NCBI GenBank assembly: GCA_951406725.2
Contig: OX597818.1
Coordinates: 61,194,001 to 61,258,000 of the forward strand
Reading direction: 5' to 3'
DNA: 64,000 bases
Origin: Octopus vulgaris
Lineage: Eukaryota
Below, one piece after another: positions 11,700-25,465 of this stretch. The notes beneath the pieces were generated by a model. It did not search any database, had not been told where the DNA came from, and was given only the letters and a program-made list of their open reading frames with translations. Within the stretch, counting starts at the first letter, position 1; each line of letters starts with the position of its first letter. The position numbers and the translations under genes are program-made.

Positions 11700-11935
11700 A
11701 TATATGTATATGTGTGTGTGCGTATATGTTTGTGTGTCTGTTTGTCCCCCCCAGCATCGCTTGACAACCGATGCTGGTGTGTTTACATCCCCGTAACTTA
11801 GCAGTTCAGCAAAAGACCGATAGAATAAATACTAGGCTTACAAAGAATAAGCTCTGGGGTCGATTTGCTTGACTAAAGGTGGTGCTCCAGCATGGTCACA
11901 GTCTAATGACTGAAACAAGTAAAAGAGTAAGAGAG
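11484..11935 (+). mobile_element. Family A SINE, full length
   Basis: ggcacaggagtggctg...aagtaaaagagtaagagag. Confidence 0.9.
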
Positions 11936-12054
11936 TTGGTAGAGGTGATGCTGATGATGATGAATTATTTCATTATCTGCACAGAACGATTCCATCTTGC
12001 CACTTGTAGGCATTTCATATGCTGATGTGCCTCAATTTTTTGAGAATCTTTTGA

Positions 12055-12085
<31 letters not shown>

Positions 12086-12137
12086 GATCGTTAGCTACTT
12101 CACGCATTTTTTTTCTCTCCTCGTTTTTTTCTGTGTA

Positions 12138-12175
12138 TCTTTCTGTAGAAGAGCGTAGGCTCGAAACGTAAAAGA
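12138..12175 (+). ncRNA. Hammerhead-like motif with variant core, inside a probable Penelope pLTR fragment (about 12085-12268)
   Basis: TCTTT-CTGTAGA-A-GAGC(gtag)GCTC-GAAAC-GTA-AAAGA: perfect stems I and II, NUH triplet GUA; core CUGUAGA differs from CUGANGA. Confidence 0.5.
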
Positions 12176-12510
12176 CTTTTTCAATTCCTGAGCATTATAC
12201 TAATACATTTGTTTGTTTGTACACCACCTGCCTTCATCTTTTGTTTATTTTCGTAAACTTTCCCTTTATATATATATATATATTTATATATATACTAACA
12301 CACTCATGTTGTCAAAAATGCCAACAGTTTTACTAATGATAGAACATGGCTCATCAACACAATGGTGGAAACTATTGGCAAATGTTAGCAAGTTAGTAAA
12401 TATATGTACATATATATACAAAATTGGTGTACTTGAACAATCAGATACAATTGTAATGTCTAGGTTGAAAATACCATGTTACAGTGGGAGTAGCATTGAT
12501 TTTTACATCT

Positions 12511-12824
12511 TATTCACCGTGATCACCGTGGCCGACCAGGCTATCAGATGTTGCTTCACATCGCTGGTCACAATGCACTTCATATTGTTTTAGCCTTCAA
12601 ATGATGCCACCTCGCTGGTTAAGTGAGCAGGCCAACAGAAGAAAGAGTGGGAGAAAGTTGTGGCAAAAGAGTACAGCAGGGATCACCACCACCCCCTGCC
12701 AGAGCCATGAGGAGTTTTAGGTGTTTTCGCTCAATAAACACTCACAACGCTCTGTCTGGGAATCGAAACTGAGATCCTACAACCTGAGTCTGCTGCCCTA
12801 ATCACTGGGCCATTGTGCCTCCAC
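12511..12824 (-). mobile_element. Family E tRNA-derived SINE (tail type 1)
   Basis: Minus strand starts gtggaggcacaatggcccagtg...gtttcgattccc (A/B boxes); head and body shared with the 46204 copy. Confidence 0.8.
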
Positions 12825-12859
12825 ATATATTATTCACCTAACTAATAATTCACCTAAAC

Positions 12860-13123
12860 CTGTGGTTCTCAAGCAATGTTTTTCCCTAGGGACCTTTTCG
12901 GTTCCGTTTTTACTCAGATGGACCCCTCATAACCATTCAGGGTTTAAAAAATCCTATTATATTTTTAGAATTATAAGTCATTAGGAAGTGTATAAAAAAT
13001 TGTTAAAATATTTTGTTCATTGTACAAGTATAACCAATTTATTGCCCCTAAATTTGAGCAACAAAATCAAATATGGACCCCACCCCCACCAAGGGTCATC
13101 TTGACTGTCGTTGAGGACCACTG
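12860..13123. mobile_element. hAT (Charlie-like) MITE
   Basis: TIRs ctgtggttctcaa / ttgaggaccactg; 8-bp flanks acctaaac / atctaaag. Confidence 0.65.
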
Positions 13124-14897
13124 ATCTAAAGCTATACTTGATGAAGATAAAAGTTCTCTCTGATCTTAACCACTCTCTTTCATAGTGTATTATATTAACT
13201 ATTTTATTACTACGTTAAAAACAAATTCATTCAGTGATTAATTCAGATTTAATTGTCAAATTTAATTGGTGAAATAATTTCACTTCTATGAGCCAATTTG
13301 TAAACAAGAAATGATTAAAAAATTTTCATTAATTTTCTATATATATATATATACTCAGACACTGTTCACAATCCTAGATTACCCATAAAAAAAAGGTCAT
13401 TCCCCTCAGTAATGTTTACAACAATTTTGATTTTATAGATATAATCCTTATACTAATAAACTACAACCCAAATAATGATGGCAAAATAAGCATTTAACAC
13501 ATGTATTTAGATGCAAACTTTCTTTATGCGTGTGTGGATGGAAAGAACTGCACTAAAAAAAAAAGCATTTTAATTTGTAATTAAGAAAATAATAAAAAGT
13601 GGACTAACAACTCAAGCATTTACTGCCTCACCTACCTAACAGAAAACAAACAGGATGGTTAATAACAGCAGAGAGATCATATGACAAAAATTAATACGAA
13701 TATAGAAAATTAGTGTTTATGCATTCATATAAAGAAAAAAAATATTGATGTGGAAATCTATTTAGGTCTGAAGTTTTTGAATCTAATATTTAATAATAAG
13801 AATGTTTATAATCTCAAAACAATGGTAAAAAATGTGCTGTATTCTAGTCAGAAGTTAAAGAACCACAAGATATACAGGTATATTTCTGTGACTTCTTTTG
13901 TCTATATGTAAATATGTGTGATTAATGTTTAAGTTATATAATTCAAGTTTCTTATTATATATAAAATTATTTCTTTGCAAGCTTTTCCAACATAAATATT
14001 TTAGATATTTATGGGAACACAGTTGCATATTTAACTCTGTCTGGATTTACACCAATCTTTAGGAAAACGTCTATTTTGGTAATTATATTTAGAAGGAGAA
14101 TAATATAGAAGTCATTTTTTAAAATAATTTTAAGTGTTCTCCCAAAATAAATGTCTTGACATATAAAGAAGACCAAACTGAAATGCTTCGATTTTTCCTA
14201 TTCATAAAACTACATGGATATTAGCGACAACCACTTATGTATAGTGGAATTACAAGAGAGAAAAACACATTCTAGAATATAGACAGGTACACCTTAAAGG
14301 TATAAAGCTTAGTGTTTAGAAGAAACTTTAACCTTTCTGGTTTTGCAAGTGAATTACAAAGTAGTGCTAATCAAATTTTCTGAGAGTTTCTAAACAAAGG
14401 TATGTGTGCAAGAATGAGTTAAGTATTATGAAAGAATGAATTTTTCAGTTTTGTAAAATTCATATATACACTGGAGCGAGTTCCTGTGTCGGCTAACAGT
14501 ATTTGTTTCAAAACCACATCTCTTACACACCACAAGAATGTCAAATTTCCCACCTAAGCAGATTGTATTTCACACACTTCTTTCTGAAGTAACATATGGA
14601 ACGTGGCCAAATATTTGATCAGTGGATGCTATGCTATAGCACTGTTGAAGCAGTGCTGACCAGAGCCACTTAACTACAAGACAACCAACTCTAACTTGTG
14701 TTACATCATTTTACAAAATATAATAAGTTGTATGAGATTCTTTGTATTTGAGAATTCCCTCTCATAAAATGTCTTAAAGAGTAAACTTGTTATAGTATAT
14801 TCTACAAACAGAAGCAATCATCTATACATAAAAACAGAACTTTCTTCAGTTATAGATCTTATATTTGAATATAGTATTTAATAAATTATCAATTACG

Positions 14898-15267
14898 GGC
14901 GCAGGAGTGGCTGTGTGGTAAGTAGCTTGCTTACCAGCCACATGGTTCCAGGTTCAGTCCCACTGCATGGCACCTTGGGCAAGTGTCTTCTATTATTGCC
15001 ATGGGCTGACCAAAGCCTTGTGAGTGGATTTGGTAGACGGAAACTGAAAGAAGCCCGTCGGATATATGTACATGTATATATGTATGTGTGTGTGTGTGTT
15101 TGTCCCCCCCCCCAACATCACTTGACAACCAATGATGGTGTGTTTATGTCCCTGTAACTTAGCAGTTCGGTAAAAGAGATCGATAGAATAAGTACTAGGC
15201 TTACAAAGAATAAGTCCTAGGGTCAATTTGGTCAAATGACTGAAACAAGTAAAAGAGTAGAAGAGTA
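14898..15267 (+). mobile_element. Family A SINE
   Basis: ggcgcaggagtggctgtgtgg head through tail, small internal deletion. Confidence 0.9.
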
Positions 15268-15308
15268 AAATCCACATCAACATCCTTTTATATTCATTTT
15301 TTCCTATT

Positions 15309-15727
15309 AAGGCGGTGAGCTGGCAGAATCGTTAGCACGCTAGGTGAAATGCTTTGCGGTATCTCATCAGCTGTTATGTTCTGAGTTCAAATTCCGCCAA
15401 GGTCGACTTTGCCTTTCATTCTTTCGGGGTCGATTAAATGAGTACCAGTTACCCACTGGGGTCGATATAATCGACTGAATCCATTTGCCTGTCCTTGTTT
15501 GTCCCCTCTATGTTTAGCCCCTTGTGGGTAGTAAAGAAATAGGTATTTCGTCTGCCTTTACGTTCTGAGTTTAAATTCCACCAAGGTTGACTTTGCCTAT
15601 CATCCTTTCGGGGTCGATTAAATAAGTACCAGTTACACACTGGGGTCAATATAATCGACTTAATCCGTTTGTCTGTCCTTGTTTGTCCCCTCTGTGTTTA
15701 GCCCCTTGTGGGTAGTAAAGAAATAGG
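15309..15727 (+). mobile_element. Family B SINE, dimeric body
   Basis: One head, two bodies joined by gaaataggtatttc; flanking direct repeat tattcattttttcc (15291-15304 / 15728-15741). Confidence 0.9.
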
Positions 15728-17043
15728 TATTCATTTTTTCCAGTTTAGGAAAGATGAGTGAAGAAATTATGCTGTTTCACTACCCCTAATTAATACACTC
15801 TGTCCTGAGATAAAAACTTCATGGGTGCAATGTTCTACAACTATCATCATAATTTCCCATATCGATTCAAGTGATTACAGAGAGTGAACTAGTATCATGG
15901 ACTGTTGATTACTGCTAAACAAAATTGCAACGAACCAAAGAAAATTTGGAGGAATGTTGTTAATGTTGTAAAGGAAGCAATGAAGTATGAAATGGCAAAT
16001 GATCAGACAATATCAAGAAAAATATGAAGAAACCATAGCAACAAGGTAAAATGCTTATTAATGATGATTAGCCTACTACACTGTCACATCTGAATAAAGA
16101 TGAATTTATTTTCCATAAATGAACAATGTAATTTTAAATTTAATATTATGACAGACAGTAATGTAAAATAATTGGTGGGGCGGGGCAGAATGCTGGGCAT
16201 GCAATATTTCTATATAATTGGCAGTTGATAGGAAGATTATCTGTACCTATTGGCATGGTTAATACCAGTTCCTATCAGACAACTAATGTTGAGGCCATGC
16301 CAAGTTCAATTGATTTTTGAAATATGTGATTATTTTAAAACATCCATTCAGATGGATTTTTTTTTTTTTTTTTTTTTAAACAAGTCTGGTGCAGTCAACC
16401 TCTTTTAGGTTAAGCAACAGCGGCAATATTTCAAGAACAAATGATGCTGAAGACAATATTGGTATGAAAAGTAGTTCTTAAACAGACTGTTCTATGTTCA
16501 ATGAAGTAGGCTAAATCAGACAATGACAACCAGCACAGGAAAAAAAAGCAAATCATTTTAGCTATTTAGCTGTCAATTTACAGCCTCGACAAATCTTTCC
16601 CGGCTGTAAGAACACCAAAGAAATCAGAAAGCACTAATACAAAGAAACCTTACTTTATCATATTGGCACCTGCCATTATACTTTACTAAAGTTAATAGCA
16701 TTGATGTGTAAAGTTTCATGTAAATAATGCAAAAATGGACAAAAAAAAAAACAAAACAAAACAAAATAACTGCATTATAAAGTCAGATAAATGCTTCTGA
16801 AGGATGGAAGAAAATGTGATTTAATAAGCTAAAATATTATTTGCCAATATCAATTAGAGTAATTTGACATGAGACAATTATCAAAATCAAGTACTTGAAG
16901 TTAAGACAGAAATGATATTGAAATATCAGTCAAATGGACATTAGCTTGACAAATTCTGGTAAGCTACCTTACCACCAACTAACACTCAAAAGGACCGACT
17001 GTAGTGTCTTTTGCTTCTTTAGTTTTATTTATTTATTCTTGAA

Positions 17044-17387
17044 CGTTGCCATAGCGACTATCTGGCCTCCGTGCCGGTGGACGTAAAAGACACCATTCGA
17101 GCGTGATTGTTACCAGCATCGCCTTACTGGCACCTGTGCCAGTGACATGTGTTAAAGATTCGTGTGAGGTCGTTGCCAGTACCGTCTGACTGGCCCCGTG
17201 CTGGTGGCACATAAAAGCACCCACTACACTCTCAGAGTGGTTGGCGTTAGGAAGGGCATCCGGCTGTAGAAACTCTGCCAGATCAAGATTGGAGCCTGGT
17301 GCAGCCATCTGGTTCGCCAGCCCTCAGGCAAAATCGGCCAACCCATGCTAGCATGGAAAGCAGACGTTAAACGGTGATGATGATGAT
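17044..17387 (+). mobile_element. Family C with internal subrepeats
   Basis: Repeated gtgccggtggc/acgtaaaa modules, ggttggcgttaggaagggcatcc, (GAT)n tail. Confidence 0.8.
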
Positions 17388-18131
17388 TTTACACAATCTT
17401 TATTTTCCCACCTTGTATTTGAACAACACTAAGCAAATGAGAAGAAATCTCTTTCAAGATAAGGCAATATTGATATTAGACCCTCCAGAAGGAATTAGTA
17501 CCCAAGTCAAAGAAATCACATAATTTGGCAAATGTTGTCTTCAGAATCATGAATAAACTCTTCATATATGATTATATTTCAAAAAGAATACCACATGCAA
17601 AGCAAAGTTTAATTCTTGTAATATCCTAGAGTTGTATGTAAAACAAAATCTATTACACCAATTGCAATTCATACATTTCTTTTATCGTAAATGCTAAATT
17701 TCATATTATATGTGCCAAAAGCTTAAATGAAACATAGAAACTGTGCCTAATTTGAGATTTGTAGTGCTAAGCAGATGAGAGGGAAATCAATTTATCACAA
17801 AGGTGTCGTTGACTTTAATTAAATGACATAAATTTTACAGTGATGTTGCTTATAGCCACAACTTGGGTTACGACTTGCAGTAAACTACACTGGACTGAGG
17901 AATATTAGATGTTATGATCGTAGGTTCAGGATAATATTAGAACATTTAAATCATTATCTAGTACCCTCATCAGCTAGACTCTCTTCAATCTCTTAACATT
18001 TCATTCCGAAATGTGGGGGAAAAAAAAATAAAGTTTAGAAATAGGACACAGGTAAGATGATTTTTTAGTTGCCAACTGACAAGATATCAGCAATTCCATA
18101 CTTCAATGAATGAAACAACCTGAAATGTATA

Positions 18132-19105
18132 TATGAGGTGGTATCAAAAAGTTCACAGACAAGCTAGGTTTAATAAAATATAATATATTTACTCAATTTT
18201 TAACATCATCTCCTTCAAAATAATTATCAATTATAAGTGCGAGAGTGGCTGTGTGGTATAGGTGCAGGAGTGGCTGTGTGGTAAGTAACTTGCTTACCAA
18301 CCACATGGTTCTGGGTTCAGTCCCACTGTGTGGCACCTTGGTCGACCACTGTGTGGTCGCCTTGCACAGCAAATACACTAGTCCCAGCATTCCTGCCACT
18401 TTTGAAATCCAGCCTAGAAGCGGTTTTCTGTAAGCAAGTCAAGGACCTTCAGCGATTTGCTCTTGAACTTAACAACAGTGTTTAAATGGTGACCTTTGAG
18501 CTACATTTCCATCTTGTGAAAGAGATGGAAGTTTGCAGATGCTAAATCTGGTGAATAAAGATAGGTGCAAAAGCGATACCCTATTTTTGACAAGAAAGTT
18601 AAGAGTGGGGAGGGCTTGGTGGCGGTGCATTGTCTTCGTGAAGAATCCAATTCTTTGCGCTCTACAGATTTGGTTGCTTTCACTAAATGTCCTCCCACAA
18701 ATGCTTCAAAGCATCATTGATTATCCTCCAAGCTGATAAATTTTCCCCACATTTCCAAGAATGACACCCGTAGCAGGTATTCCAGATCCGTTTTTCCACT
18801 TTTAAAGAACCTGTGCTACTCAAAACACTGTGTATAACCCATTGTCTCTGTAGCAGACGTCCCAAGTTTAACACAAAATCTCATGACGTTGCCTCTTTGT
18901 CCCAACTTTCTGTCCTTGACAAAACTCAGACTACAGCACACGTGATCATAAAAACACAAATTTCACAATTTGCAAAGTAAACACAGCGATATCATTTGGC
19001 CCTCTGCTTCATGAAGGTTACAGCTACCTCTCACTGCATACGCAACCATGTGCTGCCATCAGTTGGAGCACTACAGAACTAGTCCTGGAATTTTTTGACA
19101 TCATA
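18132..19105 (-). mobile_element. Degenerate mariner transposon, with family A head fragments inserted at about 18243-18340
   Basis: TIR-like ends gaggtggtatcaaaaagttc / gaattttttgacatc; minus-strand peptides YSPDLASANFHLFHKM (YSPDL motif) and NYFEGD. Confidence 0.8.
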
Positions 19106-20634
19106 TTTGGAAGAAGATTCCAAAATTCAATAAAATAACTGAACTGATGGTGAGATTTCAATGGAATGCAATTTACTCAGAGCCAGTGAGACTCCACTGT
19201 ATGTATTCAGTAAAATATTTTACATATAATTATGGTCATGTAACATTATTCAAGTAGTTTAAAGCATTTGAATGACAATTTTAAAAGGTTTCAATGGAGT
19301 CACGATAACAATAAAGATAACTTTTCTTGGAAACCCAGAAAAATAGATATAAAAATCTTTTCCTGCTACATCAGAAAAATTCTGGTGAAAAGAAATAAAA
19401 TTCTTAAATTGAAAAAGAATGTTTTTCAGATAAAATGACCTTGAACAGTACCTTTTAAATTACAACCAAGCTGTGTTGACTAATATCTCTCATTCAAGAG
19501 TCTCTCATATTTTTTCATAAAGGCCTACAAAATTGAATTGTTTCTAAAAGACCTACAAAAACGGAATGAATATGTTTTTGATGATAAGTCTATGACAAGT
19601 CAGAGGTAAGGCTTACAATTCTATAGCTTTAAGAAGAATAAAATTTCTTCAGTCTCTTTGGAACTGCATTGGCTTTCAGCTGAATTTGAGAAAGATATAG
19701 ACAAAAATATTTTACAAGGATAAACTTTAATGCTTTTACAGTAGTTTAAAGTATTTGGAAAATTCTGAGCCATGCACCTTGTCCAATCAACCATTGAATG
19801 TATCTGCCTACAAACACTTTCACAGTAAATTATTCTCAACTTTCACACCATAGTAATCATGTGTAACAGATTATTCTTGCATCGACTAATTTTCCTTCTT
19901 TAGATATAAGTAACATAGTTGAATAGTTTATGAACAAAAATAAGTTACTATGACATTCTTGACACAAGTAATAAGTTTGTTTTGCTGAATTGTAAAGCAT
20001 TCTGAAGGATAAAACATAATTCTTCTCAATTTAGCTAGCTCAGCCAGAGAAAGCATTATGTTAAGGAAGGAGATATTCCTGCAATTAATATTTACAGACA
20101 TATGAGAAATAAGATTAGCTTCACAAACCACTGAGCCTTACGAAAGCTTTACTGTTTTATGTACATTATTGATTTTATTACTACATTATCTTGTGTAATT
20201 TAATTGTTCTTGCTTTCATTTTATACTGTTTAATGATCCAAAACCGAATGCATGTACATATTTAAATGTACAGAAAAAGGAAAGACAGAATTTAGATAAT
20301 GTGAATACATTGACTTCTTTCTTACCAATTTCTTTATGGATATAAGCTAGTAAGACACAAAGGCTGTACCAATGACTAATAGAAATATTTTATGGTATTA
20401 AATTATAGATAATATTCCAGTTAATACAGTTTGAGCCTCACTGATTCGAGTTTAAGTCATGGACTTATTTCTATCATAAGCATAAACAGTTTTCGATTTT
20501 TTTTTTTAGAGGTGCAGTGAGCGTGAAGCTGCGCTGCTGTAACTATGGCCAGTCCTTTGTGCTCTCAAGTGTTGTGCACCACTACATGCTCCAGTTTACC
20601 TGAACGACAAAAATAGGTTGACTGTCTAGAGCCA

Positions 20635-20835
20635 TCATCATCATCATCATCATCATCACCGTTTAACGTCTGCTTTCCATGCTGGCATGGGTTGGACGAT
20701 TTGACTGAGGACTGGCAAACCAGATGGCTGCACCAGGCTCCAATCTTGATCTGGCATGGTTTCTACAGCTGGATGCCCTTCCTAATGCCAACCACTCTGA
20801 GAGTGTAGTGGGTGCTTTTACGTGTCACCGGCACA
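20635..20835 (-). mobile_element. Family C 3' end
   Basis: (CAT)n plus family C body. Confidence 0.8.
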
Positions 20836-23129
20836 AAAAATAAATATATAAATAAATAAATAAAAGATCTATGTATTAAGCACCAAATTGAAAAGTGACT
20901 GGAAAATAACTGAAAAAAGAACAAAAAATTAAAACCTACAAAATATAAAGAGCAATTAGCATTTTAATTTAGAATTCCTGTAAGGAACTTATAAGGATTT
21001 AGGTCATTACAGTGGATCTTCAAGCAAAAGAATAATTTATTTGGCCATTGAAACAGTTCCACAAAGTTTTTTGTTTTTAATTGGAATTTCAAATACATTC
21101 ACACAATAAGAATTTAGTTAATACTTTTAGAATCTGTTTTAAGAAGATAGATAGTATTAAGAAAAGTTCTATGTTTATGACATATATTTCTTAATGCAGT
21201 TTCGTAAATGACACTTTATACTATCCAGACGGTTGTCTAGAAATACGCAGAGTGATAAGTTACCGACAATGATTCCGCTAAAGGGAGAAAATAAAGTTGA
21301 TATTCAAACAAGTTTACCATTCAATTATCTCCAGAAAACAATTTTATTTATCTATGGAGATGTAAAAGTATTTACTTAGTTTTTAGGAAAAATAATATAT
21401 ATACGACTTTAATGCAGAAGTAACATTTTATAAATTCTGTAGTAATTTGATTCGGTTAAAATGTTACCGTACAATGCAAATTTACATTAGTCATTTATTC
21501 AAAATGAATGTCTTTTCTTGAATGCATTCAACAAACAAATATATGAATAGCTTATACATTGAAGTTCCTAAGCATTGGCAGGCTAATTACATTTCCTACC
21601 ACTTTTATTTCGAAAACATATTTTTTCAATATATATTCAATCTGTACACTAGTTAAATGTTGGCATCACTTATACATTCTTGCATGAAGATTACTATCAG
21701 AGTTATTGCTTCTAACAATGTTACAAATATGGATTTGCCATTTATTACAATACCTTAAATATTTAATAACATAAAAATATATATATATATATATATATAT
21801 TTATAAGTAAGGTTAAATTCTTTGTATTTATGTATTTGTGTGCCACAGAGATAGTGTGGTGGGGAGGAGGGGGAAAAGATACAATGAAATACAAGATGAC
21901 TTTTTTTCTTCACACATCAATATGGCATATAATATTCACTGAAGAAAACAGAGGTAAAAAAAAAAAACCCATTTCTTCTTGTATATAAATCTTTATATGG
22001 ATTTCTTTGACAAGCAATAGAAGAGCTATAATCATTTACAAGGTAGTGAGAAGATATACAGATGCTACAACTTTCTGACCTGGAAGTAAAATGTCAAGCT
22101 TTTTGAATGCTAAGTTTGTAATAAAGGATACACTTGTGCCAAGAAATGTCATATAAGACAGATATTTGAGGAAGTCTAATGAACTTGGTTCAAAGTTTCA
22201 TTTTACTCAAACTTTGTATCATATGCTAACAACATACAAGTATAATAATGTGAGAGTTAGCAACCAGAACTGATTTAGTTCTGATAATCACAATTCAAGG
22301 AAATTTGAATACTGAACACTAAACCACTGAAAGATTTAACAACTTTCAAAGTTTTCCAATTTCTCAAGTGAGTACAACATTTCTTTTTTTCATAAGCAGT
22401 TATGTTTACATAAAACAACTAGGTAAAAAATGTTTCTACAATCAAGTATAAACTTCAGGTCAATGACCCAGGAGAAGTCTCAAATATTGAACTGGACATG
22501 ATGTCCAACTGACTACTTGTTTCCTTAAACTAAAAATCTAAAATAATAAGAACTGCTTGTAAGTGTCTGAAATATGGATTTTTTGCTATAATCAGAAACA
22601 CTTAACACTTACACCAGTGTTGTCAGTACCTGTCTGTTTTGGGAGACAATGAAAAATTTCCTTCCCTCCTCTACCGTCTTCCTTTCTCCCTCTATTCCTA
22701 CACCCTCGTTATGCTGGCACATTGCATACAATTACTTTGTAAGTCTGTTGAGAGAGGCAGTCCTTATTGCAGTCGCCGCCGTAAACGAAGACAGCCATTG
22801 TATAGAGTTGATGCTTTTCCACCTTTACCTTTTTAGAGCCTTAAGCTGATTTTGATCATTCTCAGCTTTTTTTTTTTTTTACTCTTACCTTTACAGAAAG
22901 CTTCCAGACAGATAAATAGTGTGCTGCTATGTACTGCCAGGCCTCAATTCCAGTGTATGCTGAAAGGAGATCCTTTTTTGTCTGAGTGCAAATTAATAGG
23001 AATAATCCATATATGACATTAGTCTTTGATTATTCAAAGATATCTTAGTTTAACTGTTGTTTCAATTATAGATTGTATTCACACATTAATGGATTATTCC
23101 AATATATGTATTACCATTTAAAATCATAA

Positions 23130-23386
23130 GCCTTTAAATAAAATCCCACTGAGACTGTGTCTGGTTCTGCATTAGAAAACTTTTGTTCAAATTTAAGTGT
23201 TAATATTAAAATCAAAGCTTTCCATCATAATTTTATTTAATAATCATTTACGGTATGTTCCAAAGACCAACTTAATAACATAAAGGTTAGTTATTTTAAT
23301 AAATCCATCCATATATTTGAATATTTTTAAATATTAACTAAAATAAACAAGCAATGCGTTTCATTAGAAGCACGGTCATGAAAGGG
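23130..23386. mobile_element. Degenerate piggyBac-type MITE related to the 27745 copy
   Basis: Right end gaaagggTTAA; internal similarity (agttatttta.taaat) to the 27745 element; left end eroded. Confidence 0.45.
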
Positions 23387-24090
23387 TTAAATCAGTACCA
23401 TCGTCGTTATTACTAGGTGTACGTTTGGTTATGTAAATCTAATATGTTGGTTTCTAATGAGCCAGAACACTTTATGCCTGGTATTACTAACTCATGAGAT
23501 GTAAAGTATCTGTTCGACCCTCATCTCTTCAACAGCACACATGAAATTATGTGTTTCCTGAATATGGAGAGAGAGAAAGTTGAGTTCAAAAGCTTTCAGG
23601 ATCAATACTACTTTATTTCAAATGGCAATTTACATAAATTGTTTATGCTATGCCTTTCAAATCTAAAGCAGCTTATAGTATTTGAAATATTACATATAAC
23701 AGCAGACTTTAGCAACCTAAAGGCTTAAATAGATTCAATATAATAAGATTCAAATGAAATTTTTCTTTATCACCTTCAAATTCTAGCATTGATAATACAA
23801 AATATAGAAGCCTAATATCAGAGCTGCCATTACATGTGATGCCAGCCACTGTATACTTGAAACGGTGAAGAGTTATCAACAGAAACTATTTGAGGAAAAT
23901 CTAACAGTGAGATTGTGTAAAAGAGCAAAGGAATGGAAGGAAAAGAGAAGAAAGACTGAAATATGTGTGAGAAAGAAAAGAGAGAATTTAAGATCCTGTA
24001 TTAATGTCTACAAAATACACAGACGTAAGTGTGTGTCTATGTGATTTTGTAATAAACTGTATATATTTGTATGTTTGCTTCATCAAGATC

Positions 24091-24322
24091 TGTTTCTTTA
24101 CTACCCACACGGGGCTAAACACAGAGAGGACAAACAAGGACAGACAAACGGATTAAGTCGATTACATCGACCCCAGTGCGTAACTGGTACTTCGTTTATC
24201 GACCCCGAAAGGATGAAAGGCAAAGTCGACCTCGGCAGAATTTGAACTCAGAATGTGACGGCAGACGAAATACGGCTACGCATTTCGCCCGGCGTGCCAA
24301 CGTTTCTGCCAGCTCGCTGCCT
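24091..24322 (-). mobile_element. Family B SINE monomer
   Basis: Full head and body; TSD ttcatcaagatc on both sides. Confidence 0.9.
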
Positions 24323-24904
24323 TCATCAAGATCACGTTACATGTATTTGTTTTGCCATATTAGACAAATAAGATATTTTAATAGCTAAATACACACGCTT
24401 TTGCCATTCTTTATATATCACTTGTCATCACAAACTAATGCACTGCCTCATTATATATTTCCTGTATTTCACTGAGATCGCTACTAGAAAGGTATGATCA
24501 CAACTAGAAAGGTAAGGCCTTTACTTAGATTATACATAATGTTCTTGAATTAAGGATGCATATGTAAATTGCCATTACAATGAGATTCAAGTATGGACAG
24601 ATTTTTCCGTCATCACATTTACATAGAGGGACAGCATTGATATTTCCCCTGCAATAATTGGATGTTGCTGTTAATGTCAAGCCATTCCTCCAGCTTGCTT
24701 TTGTACTTCACTTTTCATGCAGATCAACAACACATCCAATGGATCATAATTGCTTTATTTTCTTCCCATTCTCTGTCTATTCTCCACACTTCCTTCCTTT
24801 ACTTGTTAAGCTGTATCACATTCACAACTGTACAATGCAAACTCTTCTTAGTTGCCCCTTGGAGACAGGCAAGTAAAGTTCCTGAAATGGTTTCCACATA
24901 CTGC

Positions 24905-25016
24905 ATGTACATACATACACAAGCCTATATATATACATACATACATACATACATATATATACACATACATATATACACATACATACATATATACACATAC
25001 ATACATACACATACAT

Positions 25017-25077
<61 letters not shown>

Positions 25078-25278
25078 TATGGTTACAAAGCGAACTTCTT
25101 GATCACCCACACAACTATGCCTGTGCTTCTATATATATATATATAGGCTTGTATGTATGTATGTATGTATGTATGTATATATATATATATGTATGACTGT
25201 ATGTGTATATATATATATATATGTATGTGTGTGTATATATATATATATATGTATGTATGTGTATATATATATATACGC

Positions 25279-25309
<31 letters not shown>

Positions 25310-25310
25310 C

Positions 25311-25359
<49 letters not shown>

Positions 25360-25396
25360 CATACATATATATATATATATACACATACAGTCATAC

Positions 25397-25428
<32 letters not shown>

Positions 25429-25465
25429 ATACATACATGCAAGCCTATATATATATATATATATA
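24905..25465. repeat. Compound (TA)/(CA)/(TACA) microsatellite, partly inside a large inverted repeat
   Basis: Alternating purine-pyrimidine tract read directly. Confidence 0.95.

Noticed and set aside
22889-22959. 71-nt minus-strand segment with good acceptor (tctcctttcAG) and donor (AAG|GTAAGA)
   Set aside because: The frame that would join the phase-1 Ig exon contains a stop, and the peptide is not signal-like; could only be a cryptic or non-coding exon.
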